From positions 1-33,227 of the IMG/VR virus record IMGVR_UViG_3300045988_173170: a stretch of 33,227 bases of DNA; one strand, written 5' to 3'. This document shows positions 24,316 through 30,071 of the stretch, piece after piece. This DNA is from a virus. Position numbers and translations under genes: made by a program. The first letter of the stretch is position 1; each line of letters starts with the position of its first letter. Below the pieces are notes generated by a model. That model saw nothing but the letters and a program-made list of their open reading frames with translations, was not told the DNA's origin and made no database searches.

Positions 24316-24878
24316 GGAATAGATTCAGTTTTGATTTGTGTATGGTTTTGTTTCTTGAAATTTTCGTACTCTTTGATGAGTCTTCTTTTTCTAGAACTAT
24401 ATTCTATTGGATATCCAGTTACAAAATAAATATCACCATTTTTTCTTTCTTCTAAGATAATCATATAATCATTTTTGTCATCAAAACATAAAATTCTTTT
24501 TTTCAAACCTTGTTTAGAAAGAACTTTTGTCCATATTTTTAAATCTCTGTTGAAATAATTTGGAAGGCAATTAGTTGCTGTTATGCGTATTGGACATAGC
24601 TCTCTAGGCATTTTTTCATCTATTAAAGGATTATAGCTAAACGGGTGATTGCAAATAACAAAAGGAGATATGCAATCGCAATCTGAAGGTTTGTATTCTT
24701 TTGTAATCAAATGAAAGTATGATTTTTCATAACCATCTACATCCGGAAATCTTTTTCTATAAATCTCTATTTTATTGTAATAGTTTATGTGATTGAAAAA
24801 TAGATTAATATAGTTTTGATAATGCGAATCTACTAAAAGTCTAATATTCTCATCGTTATATTCATAATTATCGAGCAT
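24309..24878 (-). CDS. Orphan Cys-rich 189-aa protein, translationally coupled to the DUF3800-like gene
   Basis: ATG at 24878 lies 7 nt after GGAGG and 11 nt inside the upstream gene. Cys cluster SDCDCISPFVICNHP...ELCP...TNCLP. No family recognised. Confidence 0.8.
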   Translation of the reverse strand: MLDNYEYNDENIRLLVDSHYQNYINLFFNHINYYNKIEIYRKRFPDVDGYEKSYFHLITKEYKPSDCDCISPFVICNHPFSYNPLIDEKMPRELCPIRITATNCLPNYFNRDLKIWTKVLSKQGLKKRILCFDDKNDYMIILEERKNGDIYFVTGYPIEYSSRKRRLIKEYENFKKQNHTQIKTESIPR

Positions 24879-25572
24879 TTAGAGGCCTCCACTGAAAAAT
24901 ATTGAATTTCTTTATGTATTTGGGAGTTGTTCTATTCAAAGGCTTATTTATTTTTTGCTCTATATAACGGACTAATTCCAATTTAGCTTGACTATTGTTA
25001 AGCCCTCTATTTTTATATGAAACAGCACCAATCAATAAATCTACTAAACCCATTAGTTCAATCTGATCAGAACGTACTAGTTGTATTTTATTAACAGTTG
25101 TATCATAAAATTTATACAGAGTTCCATTTAAAACATCTTTTAAGCTTTCTATTTTTGTACTACCACGTGTATCTTTTATATCAATATAGATATCGTAGCA
25201 AAAATCGACTTCAAGCATTTCTTTTAATACTAGGTAATATATTCTGTAATACAAATCATTATATGCAGGTAAATCATTTCCAAATATTAATTTATCTTTG
25301 TCTGAGGCTACGACTGCCCTGAAGAGCAAATTATCATATTCAAAAAATAAGTCTATTAATTCTTTGTACATTTCAATTTTGCTTTTAGACACTTTAACCC
25401 ATTTGATTTCAGCGTATTTATACACATGGTGTTTTTGCTTGATAGATTTTATTCTTTTATTAATTTCTGACGCAATATCTTTATCACATGAAATAGCTCC
25501 AATAACCATTGCATTACTTGAGTCATGTTCTAAATGACAGCTTTCATCACAATAAATATTAATTTCTTCCAT
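24868..25572 (-). CDS. DUF3800-like protein (234 aa)
   Basis: ATG at 25572 preferred (GGAGG 5 nt upstream; the track start 25584 has no SD). N-terminal INIYCDESCH and C-terminal SDQIELMGLVDLLIGAVSY resemble the two signature blocks of DUF3800. Confidence 0.75.
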   Translation of the reverse strand: MEEINIYCDESCHLEHDSSNAMVIGAISCDKDIASEINKRIKSIKQKHHVYKYAEIKWVKVSKSKIEMYKELIDLFFEYDNLLFRAVVASDKDKLIFGNDLPAYNDLYYRIYYLVLKEMLEVDFCYDIYIDIKDTRGSTKIESLKDVLNGTLYKFYDTTVNKIQLVRSDQIELMGLVDLLIGAVSYKNRGLNNSQAKLELVRYIEQKINKPLNRTTPKYIKKFNIFQWRPLNAR

Positions 25573-25584
25573 AAACTCCTCCAT

Positions 25585-25636
25585 TTTATAATCAAAATCA
25601 AGATATAATTACATACCAAAATTACTTATTATCCTT
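25585..25636. repeat. Copy A of the cassette-junction repeat (includes a relic of the cI 3' end)
   Basis: TTTATAATCAAAATCAAGATATAATTA [13-nt insert] CTTATTATCCTT. Matches copy B at 38 of 39 positions. Confidence 0.75.
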
Positions 25637-25647
25637 TTTAACTCATT

Positions 25648-26070
25648 CTATTTCTGAATTGGTAGATCAGGTAAGTTAGCTCTCTCATCTTCTTCAACAT
25701 TTTCTTTTTCAAAGCCACGATTGAAAAATAAGAATATCGAAATAAACGATAAAACACCTTGCACCGTTGAACAATAAAATCTTTCTGGAACAACTATAAT
25801 TGCTACAAAATATAAGATGCACGAAATTAAAGTTACGATCCAGTTCTTCGATATAGCACTAACTCCAGTTAAAAAGAAGTTAATTACCATACAAATTGTA
25901 AATGGCAATAAATATCTCAATGCCAGCATTGCACCTAACTTTGCAAAATCATTTTTCATGCCAACAATTCCAAATAAACTAATAATTGCAAATATCAAAT
26001 AAATAGCAGTCAATGCTAACGCAATATACATTAATACTGATCCAATTGTTTCTTTTTTCTTTTGTGTCAT
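25648..26070 (-). CDS. Four-TM membrane protein directly downstream of the repressor (superinfection-exclusion-like position)
   Basis: 140 aa with four hydrophobic segments. RBS AAGGGAGAGGG 9 nt before the ATG. Confidence 0.8.
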   Translation of the reverse strand: MTQKKKETIGSVLMYIALALTAIYLIFAIISLFGIVGMKNDFAKLGAMLALRYLLPFTICMVINFFLTGVSAISKNWIVTLISCILYFVAIIVVPERFYCSTVQGVLSFISIFLFFNRGFEKENVEEDERANLPDLPIQK

Positions 26071-26093
26071 AATTTTTAACCCTCTCCCTTAAA

Positions 26094-26132
26094 TTTATAA
26101 TCAAAATCTAGATATAATTACTTATTATCCTT
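26094..26132. repeat. Copy B of the cassette-junction repeat (spans the real cI stop codon)
   Basis: TTTATAATCAAAATCTAGATATAATTA CTTATTATCCTT. TTA at 26118-26120 is the cI stop on the - strand. Confidence 0.75.
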
Positions 26133-26462
26133 CATAACTCTTTCGTATTCCATCTGAGCAACTGTATCCACTGTGTGTTGGCCTTTGTCGTCAAGCCCTC
26201 TATATATATCTAAGTGTTCACGTTCGTGATCGGTAAGGATGTAAGAATCATTTCCTAGTTCTTCCCATCCCATAAGATATTGAGGGGTACATTTCAAAAC
26301 CCTGGCTAATGGTGGAACAATATCGGTAGGCAATTTTTTTATACTTTCCGATTCATACCTCATCACAGTAGTTTTGTTAACTCCTAACGCATTTGCAACA
26401 TCTTCCAATGTCAGTTTTAATTGTTGTCTTCTTGATTTAATTCGTTCTTGTATTGTCTTCAT
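26118..26462 (-). CDS. cI-like XRE-family repressor (114 aa, no peptidase domain)
   Basis: ATG at 26462. IKSRRQQLKLTLEDVANALGVNKTTVMRYESE is an XRE HTH. Divergent from the cro-like gene across the operator region. Confidence 0.85.
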   Translation of the reverse strand: MKTIQERIKSRRQQLKLTLEDVANALGVNKTTVMRYESESIKKLPTDIVPPLARVLKCTPQYLMGWEELGNDSYILTDHEREHLDIYRGLDDKGQHTVDTVAQMEYERVMKDNK

Positions 26463-26504
26463 GTGTACAAACCTTCTCATTTCTAATCTAAGTATAAAAA
26501 GAAA

Positions 26505-26581
26505 ATTGCAAAAAAGTAACAAAAATCGTTGACATAATGCAACACGGGTATATAATATTAATGAAGTTGCAAGAACGCAAC
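26505..26581. promoter_or_regulatory. Three 16-bp operator-like inverted repeats, consensus GTTGC-N6-GCAAC
   Basis: ATTGCaaaaaaGTAAC 26505-26520. GTTGAcataatGCAAC 26528-26543 (overlaps the -35). GTTGCaagaacGCAAC 26566-26581 (downstream of the -10). Confidence 0.6.
26529..26556 (+). promoter_or_regulatory. Early rightward promoter TTGACA-16-TATAAT
   Basis: TTGACA 26529-26534 and TATAAT 26551-26556, about 45 nt upstream of the cro-like start. Confidence 0.7.
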
Positions 26582-26599
26582 ATGAAAGGAAGGAGTATT

Positions 26600-26818
26600 A
26601 TGAAAGTGAATGTAAAGTTGTTAGAAGAAGAAATGGATAAAAAGCATGTATCTGTATCGGAATTGGCAAGAATGAGCAATGTTGATAAATCTACTATAAG
26701 TAGATTATTAAACGAACAAAGAGCGTGTTCGATTGCTACAGCACAAGCTGTAGTACAAGCATTGGATATTCCGTCTAAAAAAGCAGGACTTATTTTTTTT
26801 AGCACCGAAGTTGAATAA
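26600..26818 (+). CDS. Cro-like XRE-family HTH protein (72 aa)
   Basis: ATG at 26600 after AAGGAAGGAG. VSVSELARMSNVDKSTISRLLN is an HTH. Confidence 0.75.
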   Translation: MKVNVKLLEEEMDKKHVSVSELARMSNVDKSTISRLLNEQRACSIATAQAVVQALDIPSKKAGLIFFSTEVE

Positions 26819-26876
26819 ATGCAATTTACAAATTGATTAAGTACTACCAATAACTACCACAGAAAGGATAAAAAGT

Positions 26877-27122
26877 ATGGCTACCACAAAAACTAAAACT
26901 AAAGAAAAAGAACTTGAATTGTCTCCATTCGCAAACAACGGACATGCTACAGAGTACACAAAGATGATGCATCGTTATGCTGATCTAGATAAAAGAGAGA
27001 AGGCGGTGCGTAGAAAACAGCTTTTCGCAAACTGGATGTTGTTTGTGAGTGTTGTATTAGTGATCGGATGTGTCATTGGTACTGCATTCGTTTGTAGAAC
27101 TATCCAGTCTATTGGAATCTAG
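26877..27122 (+). CDS. Small protein with C-terminal TM helix (81 aa)
   Basis: AAAGGATAAAAAGT ATG. Hydrophobic WMLFVSVVLVIGCVIGTAFV near the C-terminus. Confidence 0.6.
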   Translation: MATTKTKTKEKELELSPFANNGHATEYTKMMHRYADLDKREKAVRRKQLFANWMLFVSVVLVIGCVIGTAFVCRTIQSIGI

Positions 27123-27135
27123 AAAGGAGATTGTT

Positions 27136-27402
27136 ATGAGGGGTATTAAAGTTGTATCTCGTCAGGAATATGACGAAGAAATTGAAGGTAAAATCCAAAA
27201 AATGACAAAGTATGCATATATCACGCAAAAAGACCTGGCAGAAATCATTGGCTGTAGCAGTGCGACTGTGAAAACCGAGTTGAACAAGTTGGGTGTTGAA
27301 TCTAATTGCTTCGGATGGCCAACAATCAAGGTAATTAATGTTCTTGGCTTGCAGCCTTATTTGGACAACCTGATCAAACTGCGTAAGTCATGCAGGGCAT
27401 AA
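27136..27402 (+). CDS. Small HTH DNA-binding protein (88 aa)
   Basis: ATG at 27136 after AAAGGAG. ITQKDLAEIIGCSSATVKTELNKLG looks like an HTH. Confidence 0.6.
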   Translation: MRGIKVVSRQEYDEEIEGKIQKMTKYAYITQKDLAEIIGCSSATVKTELNKLGVESNCFGWPTIKVINVLGLQPYLDNLIKLRKSCRA

Positions 27403-27464
27403 AAAAGACCACTTCAAAGGAAAGTGGCCAATCAAAAAATAACAACTAAATTATAAATTATTTT

Positions 27465-27639
27465 CTCGGGTTCTGCAACCTGGGTATCACCACAAATCGA
27501 CGTGATCCGCACTCGCTTTCTACTAATTGTATTTTTTGCTCTAGCACGTCAAAAAAAAGTTAATGGATTGTTTCTGTAACTTATTCTCCTTTAAAACAAT
27601 GTTTACGCGGATTGTGGTATCTAGGTTGCAGGATTCGAG
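27465..27639 (+). ncRNA. Candidate structured leader RNA closed by a ~30-bp long-range stem (no family assigned)
   Basis: 27465-27498 pairs with 27610-27639. All five non-Watson-Crick positions in the 22-bp outer helix are G-U on the + strand. Internal helices 27499-27504/27545-27550 and 27567-27573/27594-27600. Confidence 0.5.
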
Positions 27640-27664
27640 ATAGAACTAGCAAGGAGAAAAGAAT

Positions 27665-27835
27665 ATGAGCACCAGAGAGGAAACATATTATTTAGTCAGT
27701 AAAGACTATTCAGAAATAATTAAAACTCTGAGCTCTAATGAATTGGCTAATTTATTGAATGTTAAACGGGAGAGCTTAAGCTATAAACTTGTGAAAATCA
27801 AGGACTTCAATGGATTTCCAATAGCTCAGGAGTAA
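27665..27835 (+). CDS. Small HTH-like protein (56 aa), absent from the ORF track
   Basis: ATG at 27665 after AAGGAGAAAAGAAT. TAATG stop/start overlap with the next gene. SSNELANLLNVKRESLSYKL is HTH-like. Confidence 0.55.
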   Translation: MSTREETYYLVSKDYSEIIKTLSSNELANLLNVKRESLSYKLVKIKDFNGFPIAQE

Positions 27836-28569
27836 TGCCTATGGAACATGGCTATATTAAATTGTTCCGCCAAATTGTGGATTGGGAGTGGTATGACGAC
27901 ATCCCAACATGCAGACTGTTTGTTCACTTACTTTTAAAAGTAAATCACGCTGATCGCAATTGGCAGGGTAAGAAAATAGAAAGGGGTTCGTGTATTACAA
28001 GTTTTGCGAGTTTAAGCGCTGAAACAAAACTTAGCGTCGGACAAATAAAAAGAGCTCTAAAAAATCTACAAAAAACAGGTGAGATTAAAAAAATCTCAAC
28101 AAACCAAAACACGCTCATAATCGTTACAAAATACGATGATTATCAGTGTTTTGCCAATGTCGACAACAAGCAAACAACAAACGAACAACACGAGGACAAC
28201 ATGCAGAAAACAAACGGACAACAAACGGACAACAAACGGACAACAACAAACAATAATGTAAAGAATATAAAGAATGATAAGAATAATAATAATTTATATT
28301 GTTCTTCTGACGAAGAACGAGAAACAAATCAAATTATTAAAACAATCATTGAAATTCTGAACATTGAAACGGAGAAAGAATTTTCTCCTGATGCCAAATT
28401 AACTAGAAAGTTGATTCATGATAAATTGAACGCTGGATATAGCTTGGCGGATTTCAAATGTGTTATTGAAAAAAAATGTGATGCATGGAAGGCTGATCCG
28501 GTGATGAAATCATATTTAAAGCCAAGCATTTTGTTTGGAAATAAGTTTGATGAATATCTAAATGAGTGA
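27835..28569 (+). CDS. Replisome organiser / DnaD-like replication initiator with N/T/Q-rich linker
   Basis: N-terminal winged-helix-like IKLFRQIVDWEWYDD...SFASLSAETKLSVGQIKRALKNLQKTGEI. The C-terminal block ...KCDAWKADPVMKSYLKPSILFGNKFDEYLN resembles the conserved phage C-terminus domain. Confidence 0.7.
   Translation: MPMEHGYIKLFRQIVDWEWYDDIPTCRLFVHLLLKVNHADRNWQGKKIERGSCITSFASLSAETKLSVGQIKRALKNLQKTGEIKKISTNQNTLIIVTKYDDYQCFANVDNKQTTNEQHEDNMQKTNGQQTDNKRTTTNNNVKNIKNDKNNNNLYCSSDEERETNQIIKTIIEILNIETEKEFSPDAKLTRKLIHDKLNAGYSLADFKCVIEKKCDAWKADPVMKSYLKPSILFGNKFDEYLNE
28157..28244 (+). repeat. Eight tandem 11-bp units, consensus AAACGGACAAC (candidate origin iterons)
   Basis: ACAAC (AAAAC in the degenerate fifth unit) ends at 28167, 28178, 28189, 28200, 28211, 28222, 28233 and 28244. 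The last three units are identical. An 11-bp period is out of phase with codons. Confidence 0.6.
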
Positions 28570-28580
28570 GGAAAAGGAAA

Positions 28581-29690
28581 ATGAAATTTAATATAGAAAC
28601 AAAGACATTGCTAAATGCAGTGAACAATGTTGCAAAGGTAATCGATAAAGTTTCTCCATTGCCTGCGTTAGCAGACCTAAAGATTTGTGTAGAAGAAAAG
28701 TCAATTGTAATTACTGGATCCAATGGAACAGCGACTATGCAAGAGATGTTGCCGATGGAGACAGGCATTGAAGATTGTGGACAAGTTTTAGTGGATTCTA
28801 AATACTTTAGTGAGATTATTAGAAAAGTATCTGGTCAAACAGTAGAAGTGGATTGTACGGATAATTTAATGCATATCAAGTGTGGAAAAGCCAAGTTTAA
28901 ATTAACATGTACAGATGTTTCTGAATATCCAGAAGTAGATTTAAACACACCTGCAAACAAGTTATATTGTCCAATCGAAACGTTGCGTGAAGCATTCGAA
29001 AAAACATTAGTCTGTATAGCCAGTGGAGGACCGGTTGCAGTATCGCGCCCAATACTTACAGGTATTCATTTAAGTGTGAATGACGGTCAGGTTACAATTG
29101 TTGGTTCTGATTCGTATCGAATGAATCGATATGCGTTTATTGATATGGATTGTAAGGATACCAGTATTACGATTCCTAGACAGGCTTGTGTGGAATTTTT
29201 GAAAACATTCAATGATGAGGTTTCCGTTTTCTACGATGAAAACAAAATTCAATTTAAAACTGACAATAGAATGTATCAGTCGCAGCTTTTAAATGGAACA
29301 TATCCGGATGTTTCTAGAATCATTCCAAAATCTTGTTTGTATCACGTTGAAATGGATAAGAATGAATTATTAGAAGCAATCAAACGCTGCGATTTTGTGA
29401 AATCTGATGGAAAACAAATTGTACATTTGTCATTTGGTACCGAAGAATCTCATGTCGATTCAAAATCTGAAATGATTGGAGAAACATATGAAGAGCTTGA
29501 AACGGTTGAATTGATGTCGGATCCAATCGAATTCAACTTGAATGGAAAGTATTTAAGAGATGCACTTGATGTTATTAATTCTGAAAAAGTTCAGATTACG
29601 ACTCCAGGAATCGGAAAGCCATTGATTGTTCGTGGTTCGTGTGATGTTTTAAAGTTGATGAGTGTGCTTGTGCCTGTAAAGGCATACTAG
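28581..29690 (+). CDS. dnaN: DNA polymerase III beta sliding clamp homologue
   Basis: ATG at 28581 after GAGGAAAAGGAAA. MKFNI..., SRPILTGIHL, GSDSYRM, LLNGTYPDVSRIIP and LVPVKAY parallel conserved blocks of bacterial DnaN. Confidence 0.85.
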   Translation: MKFNIETKTLLNAVNNVAKVIDKVSPLPALADLKICVEEKSIVITGSNGTATMQEMLPMETGIEDCGQVLVDSKYFSEIIRKVSGQTVEVDCTDNLMHIKCGKAKFKLTCTDVSEYPEVDLNTPANKLYCPIETLREAFEKTLVCIASGGPVAVSRPILTGIHLSVNDGQVTIVGSDSYRMNRYAFIDMDCKDTSITIPRQACVEFLKTFNDEVSVFYDENKIQFKTDNRMYQSQLLNGTYPDVSRIIPKSCLYHVEMDKNELLEAIKRCDFVKSDGKQIVHLSFGTEESHVDSKSEMIGETYEELETVELMSDPIEFNLNGKYLRDALDVINSEKVQITTPGIGKPLIVRGSCDVLKLMSVLVPVKAY

Positions 29691-29699
29691 GAGGTTTGT

Positions 29700-30071
29700 A
29701 TGTCTAAGTTTGAAGAGGAATATAAGTCAATCAAGCAGAATCAAGGATTGAAAATAATCTGTGAATATTTGATGTCACGTAATGACATGGTTTCGAAGTT
29801 GGATAATCCTAAGAAGTCTGTCGACGGAATGTGGAATTACATTGTTTCTGAAGCTAAAAAGAAGGCAGTGAAAAACTGTGCAATCATCAGTGATGAAGAA
29901 GTGTTTGGTTTGGCCATTCATTACTACGATGAAGAAGACGTTGGCGGTGATGAAGAACAGCCTTCACATTTAAATCTTGAATCTGCAAAGGCAATCGTTA
30001 AAAAGAGTGTTGATCAAAAGAAAAAGCCTAAGAAAGAAGAATCGGAATGGAAGCAGGAAAGTCTATTTTAG
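29700..30071 (+). CDS. Possible PcfK-like protein (123 aa)
   Basis: MWNYIVSEAKKKA...ISDEEVFGLAIHYYDEEDV recalls PcfK-like proteins, and it sits upstream of a PcfJ-like gene. The family call is tentative. Confidence 0.4.
   Translation: MSKFEEEYKSIKQNQGLKIICEYLMSRNDMVSKLDNPKKSVDGMWNYIVSEAKKKAVKNCAIISDEEVFGLAIHYYDEEDVGGDEEQPSHLNLESAKAIVKKSVDQKKKPKKEESEWKQESLF

Noticed and set aside
26488-26850. 120-aa ORF on the - strand across the switch region
   Set aside because: It is antisense to the cro-like gene and spans the promoter/operator DNA. The cI-like and cro-like genes explain the region better.
27409-27429. Hairpin CCACTT/AAGTGG after the 27136 gene, considered as a terminator
   Set aside because: It has only 6-8 bp and no downstream T-run on the + strand. 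The A-run lies on the wrong side.
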